DNA from: Amoeboaphelidium protococcarum X5
Taxonomy: Eukaryota; Fungi; Aphelidiomycota
Reading direction: 5' to 3'
DNA: 64,000 nt
Assembly (NCBI GenBank): GCA_023515725.1
Contig: JALDTO010000300.1
Coordinates: forward strand, 1 to 64,000
In this document: positions 1 through 12,566 of the stretch, piece by piece
How the letters are laid out: every line of letters begins with the position of its first letter
How positions within the stretch are numbered: the first letter of the stretch is position 1
Notes under the pieces: model-generated
The model's input: the letters and a program-made list of their open reading frames with translations, nothing else
Told to the model about the DNA's origin: nothing
The model's database searches: none
Translations under genes and position numbers: made by a program

Positions 1-228
1 CGTCTCTCCCGAGAACGACGAAGTATCGCCGGGCGATAATTTGGCAGAGCAGCTCTCTAAACAAAAATAAGACTACTATAGAGCCACAGAGCGTGTTTCA
101 GATCGTTGTAATGTAGACGAGATCGAACCACTAAGAACGGTCATCAACGTCCTTAAAGTTCGATGTCTTTACAGTTAAAATAAATTGCAGTAAATAATAA
201 ATCTATATATAACCATAAACACTAAATT

Positions 229-2424
229 TCATTTTGTAATACCGTCGATTTTCTATAAAACTTCCGCATTTTCAATATTGCTGTCAAAATCTATTACTCC
301 CGATTTGTACATAGTTTTGATGCGGTCAGAATCAGTACCATCAGTGCTGTCACCAAGAATCGGAACATCTGATGTGAGTGAATTCTAATCAGCCTTACCA
401 AACGCGAGCAACTAATTTGTACTATCTGAGGCTCCAAGATCAGCCAAAAGTCTAACTTATGGACTCTTGACCGGAGATTGCTCGACAGACTTTGTTTGTG
501 GAGGTATGGATTGCTCTTAAGTCCCAGGTTCAGCACTTTATTATAACAAAAAAGGTACTTTGCTATTTTTCGCACGTTAACTGCTACTTTATGAAGATGT
601 TACAACTTTCCTGCATCTGTTTAGAATGTTCAGTATATCAGACCATTAAGGACGTTGATCAGGATCGCCATGCCACATTAGTCGAATTAAATCCGGTAAC
701 TCAGCAGGAAGTTGTGCCTTGTATCGCTCTTCTATATACTTTTTCATTTGTGGGCGATAATCTTTAAAACAAATCCAACTGACGATTTACTTGACATCTG
801 TACTACCAGAAGACAGCTCGTCCAAGTATGGGTGTTATTCACTGAATATTTCCCACAGAACCACGCCCAAGGAGTAAATGTCAGATTGTACAGTATGCGA
901 ATGAGTTTGCATAAAAATCTCACACGCTGTCCACGGCACAGATCCAACAATTTTATGATTAAGTTTAACATTTCTGGGATCTTTATCACTGACTTTAGGC
1001 GTTCCTGGACGCGATCCTGGACTTTTTACACCGGTAGGCAGTGCGACAGAGTTTGTGAAATCACATAACCCAAAATCGCAAATCTTGATGCAGTTGTATT
1101 GATCAATGAGGATATTGAGACTCTTGAAATCGCGGTGAATGATCTGTGGCTCCTAGGAATGTAGATAATGCAGACCCTCTGCGCTTTAGATTGCAAAATC
1201 AAACTTCTACTTCAGCGAAATTGGTCTATTCTCAGACTTGTCAAAGTAGTCAAAGAGAGATCCCTTATGCGCAAACTGAGTTATCAACAGAGGAACCTCT
1301 CCATCCAGAAAATTAGTCGGAATATACGCACCGAGGAAATTAATCACATTGGGATGCTTCAATGTACATAAAAGTCTCATCTCTTTTTCAAAAGCATCTA
1401 AATCTCGTCTAGATATTCCATTTGTACCAGATTCTAACACCTTTACAAAAAACAAATGGTACAGATCACGAAGAGAGACCGACAGTTTACTCTTACAACC
1501 AATTAATGGACGAACTTTACCATCGACCATTGCTTCGCCACCTTTCTAAACTTTAATTCGATTAGGCTACACCTTCTTGACAGCCACCTCAAAGCCTCTC
1601 CACCTACCAAAGTAAACTTCACCAAAAGTTCCAACGCCAATCAATTGTTTCAGCTCAACATCGGCCATATCGACGCGCCAACTCTCCAGCTCACGCGTAG
1701 TTAAGAATGCACTGCGACTGAGGATATCAATTTGCGCAGAGTACACAACAAAAGCCATAAGCGAACACATTATAATGGCCCTGTTGTTCCTGACCGGAAA
1801 GTCAATTGCAGAGTAAGGGTACACCAGAAAGCAGTATAATACGTGAAGCGCCATCGACACAATGAAAGAGATAACAGTCAGTACAAAGCGTCTTCTGAGC
1901 AGCAAGGAGAAGAATAGCGATACCATAATTATCCATAGCAGGTTAGTGTAAGGATAATGCAAGAGTTTACTCGTAGGATCTTCAGCTGGAGGAAATCTGG
2001 CACCGATTATAGTAACTCCAGTGGTGGCAATATCAACCACAGTAGTCATACACAGAGCAAAAAGCAGTTCCATCTATTAAAAAAATCGACTCTATACCCG
2101 CGATCCTCTATATCTCCATTATCGTAATAAGATTAAAAAAATTACTCCCCACATGGTAGGAGCGCAAAGCAAAACGTACATCAAAGTTGGCCGTTGGAAA
2201 GTATCATAGCTCGGTTGATTAAACTTGGCCATGATCACCAACAGTACATCACACAATATTATAAATAGAGCACCAGTCTTTGCCTGTGGCAAGAATTACA
2301 GCAATAGATATTAAACATATTTTTATTCCAACTTTGGATCGACAAATTGCATCGTGAACAAATTAACATTGAACACTTTACCAGATTGAGTTTTAAAATA
2401 TGGATTCCGGCCACTCACGAACAT
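229..2424 (-). CDS. Six-TM membrane protein with C-terminal TKL (Raf/MLK-like) protein kinase, ~731 aa
   Basis: One open frame under UAR=Gln, ATG 2424 to TGA 229. Kinase motifs IGVGTFGEVY, VAVK, HYLHSQEPQIIHRDFKSLNILID, KICDFG, GSVPWTACE, SDIYSLGVVLWEI. Six hydrophobic segments at about 1720-2290. Start codon uncertain. Confidence 0.88.
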
Positions 2425-2810
2425 CTCTACAAAATCAGATGGGGTAATACTTCAGTAATCAACAATACTATTACTGTTGAAGTAGATATTAAAAAAATGA
2501 ATAAAAAGAACATAAAACAGTAAGGAAGATAAAGATTGAATAACTAAAGATCAGACAACACCATAGTTACGCACATTTTGACACTGAAGATACCTTCTCA
2601 CTTGTGGTTAATCATTAGAGTTCGGCTTACCTTAATCGTGATGATGTAGTCGTGTATTTAATCTCCAAGCCAAGGCGAATATAATGAACATAATATTTAT
2701 GAAAGTTGTAGTGCATTATGCACCAAACTCATGCACGTATCTAGAAAGATGTACTGTATCGAAAATATAAGACAACCATCGACCAAGTTATATCTTTAGA
2801 TAAGCACAGA

Positions 2811-3236
2811 TCAATCATTGTAGAAATCACGCAAGAACTTGCTTTCATTTGGCGCCTGAATCGACTGAGGAATTGCTCTGGCAGTGTCATCCTCAGGCAC
2901 AGCACCTTCACCCTTGACAAAGAAGTCCATCGCGGATCCTTGAGTCTTCCACATGTATAAAAACTCTTCCAGTTCCATCTATCCCTTACTCAGAAGCATA
3001 TTAATCGTGCTCAAATTACTGACATATTTATTTTTATCAAATTCAGCTCTAAACTTGGCCCTCATCTAGTAGATGGGAATATCCAGCGGGTACAGCGACT
3101 AAATCTCTGGCGAATAACGCAAGCACTAGCGATAGAGCCAAATTACCCTCTGTCTCGCCTCCTCAGGACTCTTGGCATTCTACGTCTTCCAATTGCTAGG
3201 AATAATCTTTCTAAGTCTAAAATAACCCAAAGCCAT
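2811..3236 (-). CDS. NDUFA6: NADH dehydrogenase complex I LYR subunit B14 (NDUFA6/LYRM6)
   Basis: EEARQRVIWLYRQCLR...YPLDIPIYQMRAKFRAEFDKNKYV...MLLSKGQMELEE...KFLRDFY; 141 aa; absent from the ORF track because of in-frame TAG. Confidence 0.88.
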
Positions 3237-3481
3237 CCCTTCTTTAAATATCGACAAACTAAAAGCTTTTGATAATAGTTTTTAGGAACGTAAGAACGAG
3301 ATTACCGGTGCTAATTATTGAGAAAAGTCAGCTGGAGGATCAAAACGCTAACCATGCGCGAGAGCTTAAGGAGAGAGAGATTTTGTCAACTTTTATAGGC
3401 GTAAACGAGAGAAAAATCTCAAAGCATCACCATTGCGCTGACCTGTGCACGTTATAACTATTATAAGAGTATCGTTGGTTA

Positions 3482-5002
3482 ATGAGAATGAGCTATTTTA
3501 CGCGATCAGAATTGGAGAAGCTTAGTAAGAAGGAGCTCATTGAGCGTTTAATGGGTTAGTCTGCTCGATAGAATCCAATAGATTTATCATAACATCAGTA
3601 CAAGCTACCATTCCATTAAAAGTAGTACCGCAAGATTGCTCTAAAGGTTGCCTACTTTGGCTGGGATTATGATGGACTCGCTATTCAGTGTGAAGATAAC
3701 AACTCATCTAATACAATCGAGCGACATTTATATGACGCCATGTACAAGACGCGCATGGTTCCATCTTGGCTTGATTTGAAGTATATTCAAGAGAATTTGG
3801 GCGTCAATGTTGGTGATGATACGTCGCAGATTCAAGATCGAGTCGGCTTGTGGAAGATGCTTGACTTTTAGAGAAGCGGTCGCACTGATAAAGGTGTAAG
3901 TGCCACCAGCTAAATACTATCTCTATTTGTACGATCTAATTTACCAGCGGGGCATTACGACGCGTTCTCCTTCACTGATTTGATACAGAAATATAAATGC
4001 GACAGGTCGGAGTAGCCTTATGTGCGCCCTCTAAATAGTGATACAGATTTGATGGATGATGGAGTGAATGAGATATAGTACGTTACTGCCTTAAATAGTC
4101 AGCTACCTGACCATATTCGAATTTTGGGATGGGCCCCTGTACCACATAACTTCTCTGCCCGCTTTGACTGTAAAGGAAGATCATACAAGTACTTGTTCCC
4201 GATAGATTTCTAGTATAGTATTAACAATGTGGCCTAGCAGGGCAGGCTAGAGTTATAAGAATCTCCCGTTGATGGTAGTAAAAGCAGTAATAAATAGCAG
4301 TAGCAGTAGTAGATTCTTAATCTGGATGCAATGCGGCAAGCATGTTAAATGCTTATCGGAGAGCACAACTTTCGAAACTTTTGTAAAGTGGACAAGAGCA
4401 AATGTGAAGAGCAGTAGAACTTTATGCGGACCATATACCAGGCGGACATTGAGAGATTGGATGAAAGCGGGTTCGCATGCTTTACCATCAGAGGCTCTGC
4501 TTTCCTCTGGCATCAGATCAGGAACATTATGGCTGTCTTGCTTTCTGTGGGAGCTGCTCATGATGACGCGTCTATAGTCACACGTCTGTTGAACACTCAA
4601 TAAGTCTCGGCAAAGCCTAATTATAAAATGGCGTCTGAAATTCCTCTGGTGCTTTGGGATACAGAATTTGAGAGTATGAAGGATGAGAATGGTGTTGCCT
4701 ATGACTTGCAGTTCATAGGTGCTGCTCAGGATATTGCCAAATCGCATCGCACTCTTTAGTAGTTGTAGGAGACTCATGCCACCAAGGCAATGATGCTGAA
4801 GATGTTTATGGATGCTTAATTGCAAGATTTACGTGTCTCTTACTACGACAACAGCGCTTAAGGTAATACAAAATCTATAAAGTACTCTCAATTAAGTAGC
4901 ACTACACGATTAAAATCATCTATATTATAACAGTCAGGATCATCTAAGCGGTCTGCAGTTGGAACTCCTAATCAACAGCCAAAGCAATAAAGACTAACGT
5001 GA
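3482..5002 (+). CDS. PUS3: tRNA pseudouridine(38/39) synthase, TruA family (Pus3/Deg1)
   Basis: RKIALKVAYFGWDYDGLAIQ, catalytic GRTDKGVSA, FSARFDC..RSYKYLF, GEHNFRNFCK; one frame to TGA 5000-5002. Start may be 3488. Confidence 0.92.
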
Positions 5003-5095
5003 GAACAACAATGATAGAATAGAATACTATAAAGACTATTATGATAAACAAACTCTATAATTTACACAAACTAGAGTACGGTGCAAATACTATTT

Positions 5096-6022
5096 TCAAT
5101 AATCGTCGTAATTGTCATCAATTTTTAGCACTGATTTTTTAGGAGATTCTATCGACTATAACTACTATGGCTACTACTACTATGGCCACTACAATTACTC
5201 ATGTACAACAGGTAACGCGGAGGAAGCAGCGACATTATCACTCTACTATATAATCTCTGACATTTTCGGAAGCTGTACTGACTGAGACTATTAATTTGAG
5301 AAACTATTTATTGGCGGTAGATCAAAATTATCTTTAATAGGAGAGCCAAGCGTGGAGAGTTGCCCATCGCCACTGTTACTGAATACAGATGAGCCTCGTT
5401 AGAACATTCTAGAGCCAGTTGGTGCAAGAGGAGATTATACCCTCAGAACACCATCTTCAACTTCAGATACAGACCGCCGAACGTTCTTTAATGCATGGCC
5501 TATTATAGACCTTTAATCAGCAGATCGTCTCTCTTCAATACTATACGAAGCTTAAGCACTTAATCGCTACATCTTTTTCTATTTAGTACTCCGTTATGAA
5601 GCTAATTGACTTTCATCATCTTGAGACTTTATAGCATTATCTTCAAAATCTGCAAATCGCTTCCGTTTACCACCAGACTTGGTACCTGATATAGTTGGAG
5701 AATTAAGATTTGATTTAGATTCCTATTACTATTGCTATTATTCCACATGGACAATATCTCTCACAATATCATGCAGAAACGCATATTTCTGCGAGTTGAT
5801 AATTACATTCTTCACGTCGATAGCCTCTAATTTAGTAAATACAGCGTTCTCATTCTTAATTGACACTATTGCGCACATAATCTCATCTAAAAATAGTTCA
5901 CATGCTTTTCCAACTACAAGCGGAACGGAATTAGCCAATTTACCAACCTCCTCATCCACCTGCATTATCTTCTTGACCCGACCAGCGGGAAAACAAGTAC
6001 CCAGATTATTCTTCGGCGGCAT
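5096..6022 (-). CDS. DRAP1: NC2-alpha (DRAP1/Bur6)-like histone-fold protein with long low-complexity tail
   Basis: FPAGRVKKIMQVDEEVGKLANSVPLVVGKACELFL...YAFLHDIV; frame continues through TAA/TAG Gln codons to DDNYDDY-TGA. Confidence 0.82.
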
Positions 6023-6227
6023 ATCAGAGACTTATTTAACTATATACGAATTCTATTCTGATTGAGTATTATTTATTATAAGGCACTTATTTAGATCTTG
6101 GGAGAGTTGTTGAACTCTGAAATTTTAAAAATCTATCAGCGAGAAACAGTTTTTTTATCGAGAAACGGTAAGAGGAAAAAGAAAATCCGCATGCTTGATC
6201 GTATTTATACTGCGCCCTTTATTAGAG

Positions 6228-7123
6228 TCACTGTTGGAATTTGAACCTTAACTCAACATCTTTCTATGTGGAGTGAGGAATATGACAGCGTTCATGCATA
6301 ACTCCATTCCCGCCGTCGTTGGTGATTAGGATGACCGTAGTGGATCTCGTGCCGTACATACCCTTGCCTCTAAGGATACCGCTATCATTATCTATGGGCG
6401 GTATGAATATAGAACATAGCGCAGCTTCAACCTCTGGCGGCATACCAGTTCTGGGCAGAATTTCCTGCGGGAATGAAGTAGTATCTGTCATGAGGGTAAA
6501 TAGCTCTTCAACCATTTTCTCTTCACTCTGATGCGGTTTTGACAATACGCTTTCTAATAACTGAACGCCGCGCTCAACTTTAGGCCATTAGCGTCGCTCA
6601 TCATATAGACCATTTGACACCCCATACACTTTCCCTGGCTCTAGCTTTAATGGAGCTTTTTATTCCAATCGATTGGATACCATATTGCATACAGAACCAT
6701 CTTTAAAGTCGAATGATATCAAATTAAATCCTCCGTAGCGGTGTTTCTCTTAATTAAGTTGAGCTATGGATTCGCCCTCCAGGTATCTGTTAATCACAAG
6801 TCCACGAGAGCCTGGCTTATCCGGTAATTACACTTCTCTATAATTAGTAATAGCTGCAACTCGACATCTGCTAGCAGAAACGCCAAGCCATGAACCTCCA
6901 CCTTCTAGATCGCGACCACCGAGAATGACTTCGTCTTCAGCTCTGTCAGTCCATACGTGAGCCGGATCAGTTCGTCTATCAAAGAATTCATCTCTATTAG
7001 ATACCAAAACTCTACACATTGAATAATCGCTGGTGATGTAATTACGATGATTTGAATATTTAAGAGCCGAACTTACAATTTGTATTTAGGATGCACGTCC
7101 TGCGCCCACAGCACTATACACAT
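6228..7123 (-). CDS. TANGO2: TANGO2/NRDE-family protein, 2 exons (intron 7012-7076)
   Basis: MCIVLW...LVSNRDEFFDR, GGRDLEGGGSWLG, AAITNYRE, SRGLVI, YGVSNG, YGTRSTTVIL; GTAAGT...TGTAG intron. Confidence 0.9.
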
Positions 7124-7459
7124 TGTTTCAAAGATGAGGTTTTCACTTTTGTATGAGTATAAAATGTATCAGTTGTTATTACAGAGAAAGGAGCGATCAA
7201 GTGGTTATAAATTTTTCAATGAAAGCAACTAATATGATTTCTGATTAGCTTACATTACCATTCAACTGTAACCACTACTCGTCTTTCTGGTCTCGATTTG
7301 ACTTGACAATGTTAAAAATGGAATCCTATCCAATTTCTGATTGGTGCAATTTGTATGCTGATCAATCACGTCCAATCTGTGTAGGAAGTTGTTCTTTCTC
7401 TTTCTGAAATTAACGTTAAAGTGAATAAAAATAATAATAATAATAAACTAGCTATCGAA

Positions 7460-9718
7460 ATGTCTCAATAGCGAAGTAATAATAACGGAAATGTTGCAAT
7501 ACCCAAGAGTAAGCCCATGATGTCGGAGTCGTTGAGGTAACGAATAGCGGAAATTACGACGAAAGCAAGCGATGGAAAATAACGCGCTCCTCCACCCGGA
7601 AGAGATGATTTTAGAAAGTTGCCTCCATCTCAGGTAGTGGACAGGTAGATAGATGTACCTCCTCGCAGGCCTCTGCAATAAAACGCCGGGTCAAAGTAGA
7701 AGGGTTAAGAAAAGTCGCAGCTTGATGCACCTCAAACTACTCCTCTCGCGTAATTACCGCGCCGCCCGTCGCGTAAGCCTTCTGCGCCAATGAAGAAATT
7801 ACTTGAAACATCCGCGACAAGTGCCTCCCGAAAGTAGTAGTCTGATTATAATAAAAATGACAGCGGGTCGGCTAATACAGTGCTGAGTAAATATTCTCCT
7901 GCATCATCATCTCGCGGTCAGTCAAGAGCCAATACTCCGCCTCGTGCGCGCACACCTGAACGCACTGATTCTGTTGCAACTGCTGGCTCTAACGCAGATA
8001 GTAAAGATCGAGTCAAGATAATTGAGCAGACGCGTGCTCGCTTGATCGGTATGATGAAATAGGCTGAAAGTAATAAGAAGACTCCAACTGCATCTCCCAC
8101 TCGGTCGCCTCCTGTGATTAGGACTCCTCCTTCTACCAATCTTCTACGAGATCAAAATTCAAGTAGTAGGGGCGATGCTGCATCTAGCAAGCAGGATGAT
8201 AGCGTCAACTTGAAATCATTTTTCTCCATGTCCTCTGCCACCAATGATCAGGCCTCGAAAAAGATGGCCGGTTCTGCTTTATCTCGTCGCAACTCGAGAG
8301 ACATGCCACAGTTGGACAGTAAGTTCATAGATGCTCTCAAGGAAAAGCATAAGGAAGAGATTGAGCTGGTGAAATCAGAATTGGAGCTCGCTAATCTCAC
8401 TATTGCCAATATGTAGAACAAGTTGTCCACTAAAGATAAATCTGGCGATCGCAAAATTGCAGAGTTGTAGTAACGACTGGATGACCAGGACCGAGAGTTC
8501 AATGACCATGAAGTGCAGCTCAAGTAATAAATTGCGCGTCTGTAGACGTAGTTGCGCACAAATGAACAGCTGGCCATCAACAGATCCGATACTGAGTTGA
8601 GTGATTTACGCCGAAAACTGCAAGATGCTGAGCACAAGTTGAAGGATTACGTGCCTCTTGATGAACTGTAGAATGTGCAAAAGTCTTATGAAGATGAGAT
8701 TAACAGTCTCAAGTACGAGTTGCAGTCAGAGAAGGATGAGTATTATAAGCTGTTTGAAGAGTCTGCTCAGTGGGAATCGAGATTGAAGTTGATTTAGTAG
8801 AAACTTGCTGACGCTGAGATGGATCTTGCTAGTAAATCGGATGAATGCGATCAGCTTAGAACTTAATACGATGACGTTGCCTAATAGCTAGCTTAAGAGA
8901 AGAAGAACAATCGTTATGACAGGACTGCAGTGGCTGAACTTGAGAAGAAGGTGGCCGCCCTAGAATAGGAAAACGCGTCATTCTTGTAGTAGGCTGTTGA
9001 CTATCAGAATGCTCTGGATGACTGTAAAGACATGAAGCAGCGTCTTGACATTTACCAGAACATGGCCTCCAATCTGGAAGATGACAAGTAGCATCTGCAG
9101 CGTCAACTGGATGAGTAACAGCGCTAGTTTGAATAACAAGGTCATACTTCTGACGGGATGTAAGAGTTACAAGATCAATTACGTGAGTTGGAGCGAGAGT
9201 TGCAAGAGTCGCGCGATGAGGCAGAGCGTGGAGTAGCGGAGGCGTAGAAGAGTTTACGCGACCTGCTGGTTATTTACGAAACTGTCCAGATGGAGAATGA
9301 AAAGCTCAGATCTTAATCAAATGGCGGTGGTAGTGCTCTGTTGTTAAAGCGTCAGATTGATTAACTGACTTCAGAGAGAACTCAACTCAATGACACCATT
9401 GACAAGTTGGAAGAGTATGTTGAGGAGCTGAGTAATCTGTATAGCGACAGTCACTCTTACGCGCAGAACTTGGAGGCTGAACTGGAAAATGCGAAATCTT
9501 CCGCTAAATAAAATCGCGATACCGATAGCAATGTTGTATATATCTCAAATGAGAATGATCTGCTGTAATTCATTGAGACAATGACCGCAAAAGTTGACCA
9601 TTACCGTGCAGAGGTTGACAATCTTCGCTCGGAGAACAAGCGTCTAAGAGCTGGCACTCAGCCAAATCATTAAAAACCCATGATGAAGCGTCTTGTTTAT
9701 GAATATGATGATGAGTGA
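7460..9718 (+). CDS. Long coiled-coil protein with disordered Pro/Ser/Arg-rich N-terminus, ~752 aa
   Basis: Open frame under table 6 from ATG 7460 to TGA 9716. E/K/Q/L heptad-rich from about 8320 to 9650. No family recognised. Confidence 0.8.
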
Positions 9719-9980
9719 GAATTTGTTTGGATGTATATTAAATTAGATTTCTAGTAAATATTTAATTCGACAAGGCGCGATTTGGCTCAAATAAGCCCTC
9801 AATTATTCTATTCACAATATCTTACTAACTGAATGTTTAGAGCGCATCTCTTCACTCACTCTTTTAAGCGTCTCTCCTTCTCGTTATTAATCGCTCGCTG
9901 TGTGTCTGTCTCTTCATCTTCAGTCCTTTTAACATTAAAGTATTTTTGCATTAAACTATAAAGAATTAAATTTTCCAAAA

Positions 9981-12290
9981 ATGGGGTACATGTAAGAGGG
10001 AATAAATAAGCTGTTTCTTAATATTGATCAAGATTATGGTCAATTAGTGAATGGAGTGAAGAATGTGGCCATGTCTATAGCTAAAGATTGGGACAATTCT
10101 GCAGAGGCGCTGTCTAACGCGTTCACTGCCTGCGTGTCTGAGTTGCCTGACAAGAGCCAGATCTTTGCAGCGGTACTAGCACTAGTCGCGTAATAAGACT
10201 CTGATGTGGCATAGAAACTCTTGGATTAATTGAAATTCCTACTGGACCAATATTTAGTAAATCAAGAATGGCGCAAAGTGAAATTGCTGGTTCGATATTT
10301 GATTGAGCTGTGTCGCTTGAATCTGCTATAATTGGATGAAATTGTGGGTATTTACCAGGTATTTAGCAAGTAGATTTAGAATTAGTAGTTGGACGCGTAT
10401 TCAAGAGATATATACTGCTACCTGATAATGTCTACTCTACCGTATGGCGTAGAGATAATGTACAGCCAACAGTTGACTTCTCTGTAGTCCATATGGTAGT
10501 CTGTGAGTGACTATCTGTCTAATGAGGAGGTAGTGACCAGAATCTAATCTATTGCACAGAAGCGATAGGTGTTTAGTAATTGTCCATTCCCATAACCTGC
10601 GTTGCTGCTGTAATTGGGAGACTAGATTGAGGTCATGATCGCGTTATTGTAAGATGGAAAGCCTATTGGTAGCCAGTTGATTAATCTTGATGTCTATGAG
10701 TAGTTCTAAGCTTTGATTTCTGCATCTCCTGCCAAAGTATTGTCCTTTGGACCTGTGATGATTCCATCTAATCTATTGCTACGTAGATATGAAACCTTGT
10801 ATCAGCCATAGATTTAGTTGTATCACCCAGAGTTTGTCAGTGATAAGGGACTGTTAAATCTAGCACTTCCTGATTGCAAGTCTATTGATTGGTACCTATT
10901 GAATGACCAGCTGTAGGACTTGGTGGTTGTATTCTCTCACAATAATCCTCAAATGATCGAGTATTATAACAAGGTGTATTTCAAGAGCAATTTTAGTCCT
11001 AGGATTAATCCTCATCAGGCGTTGACCTAATTGCTTGTGGCCGAGATTCTCAGTCCATGTAGACACTCTTTCATGGAGGATATTAATGAGGGAGGGTAGC
11101 AGTATCTGAATCATACGTACTTTTCCACTCTGATTGTGAATCTTTGTAATGCTTTCAAGAAGGATTATCCTCAAGTATTGGGCAAAGTATTTTATACTCT
11201 ATTTGATCGCTTGAATCATCTTAATGCTGCGTAGAGGATTAGCTTCTCCAAGTGGTTTGCATTCCATATTAGTAATTTTGATTTCAGATGGAATTTCAAA
11301 GCTTGGATGGCCACAGTGTCTAATAGTGAAGGTGGTGGTGAACTAAGTGGAATTCAGTCACAATTTATAAAAGAATCTCTGGTGAAAGCTATTGACTTGG
11401 CGTATTATGAACGCGTTTATAAAGCCCTGCCTCAGGATGTGGATATGAGCTCCGTGATGCCAGCTGAACCTACACCTGAGTTCTGGTTCGCCACTGCTAC
11501 GGACGATGGTGCCAGTGCTGATGAAGTGGCTCTTGTTGATCAGCTACTGACCGCTATTAAAAATAATGTACCAACTGCTGACTTTGTAGATTAGGTGAAA
11601 AAGTTTTACGCGGATAATCAGGAGAGTATCAAGTGCAAGTGCGGCGACAAGATTGAAGGTGAAGCTGAAGGATCGTCTTACAGTCGCTTCGTGTTCACCC
11701 AGGCTGTACTGCATTTGGGTAATAAAAGTGTTAGTCATTTGTTGCACGCCTTGGATAGAACTAAGGATACTTTGAAGTTGTTATTGTCGTTGGATGATGC
11801 GTCTGACTCTAGTGCTTTATTGGCACAGTCGCAAATGCTAGACTCTGCTTATAGCTATTGGTCTCTGAATGTGTAAATGCTCAAGGTTTGCATCAAGTAT
11901 TTGGTGGATTATGAAATCATATCCCCTGAAGGTGTTGTCAACTGGCTTTTCACTTCCACTAAAGTTGATCGTTAGAGTTACTTTGTGCTGGAGTTGATTG
12001 ATATTGTATCCACTGGACTCGAAAACTCGATCGCTGTGGCTTAAATGTCTAGCGATATGGACAAAGAGTCTTAGATTGAAGGATTGCGTCGGCAGATCTG
12101 TCAATTCTACGTGGTTTGTCTAGATAGAATGGCTGATGCGAGTCAGAGTGAAGATGGAAATTCCGCTAAAGAAGACTTTGTGTAGGCGTTCATTGCTAAA
12201 CATCGTGAACAACTTTCAACTTATAGCAGCGAAATTTCCGCGAAACTTTAAGAATTGGGTAAAGATTAAGTGATTGCACTGCTCCAATGA
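9981..12290 (+). CDS. NCBP1: Nuclear cap-binding complex large subunit CBP80 (NCBP1/Sto1)
   Basis: ACVSELPDKSQIFAAV, WRKVKLLVRYL, FSKWFAFHISNFDFRWNFKAW, KAIDLAYYERVYKALP, LHLGNKSVSHL match MIF4G-like CBP80 motifs; 769 aa. Confidence 0.85.
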
Positions 12291-12566
12291 ATATTATATA
12301 ATCTCTAATAATTTAGTATATATTCTTACCTAACAACATTTTCAAGTTTCAAGCTTTGATAATGATAACTAGGAGTCCGTAATGTAGAGATTACGTCAAC
12401 AGTTGATCAATCCTTCGGGAATTATCGACGCGACAAGTTTCATCTTTGAACAACGACAAGACACGTCAGATTTAACATTGAATTGTATTGTCTTACTAAC
12501 ATCTACACTTCAATTGAATTATCAATTCTTCGCTTTACTACCTACCTGATACTTTCTATATTCTGA

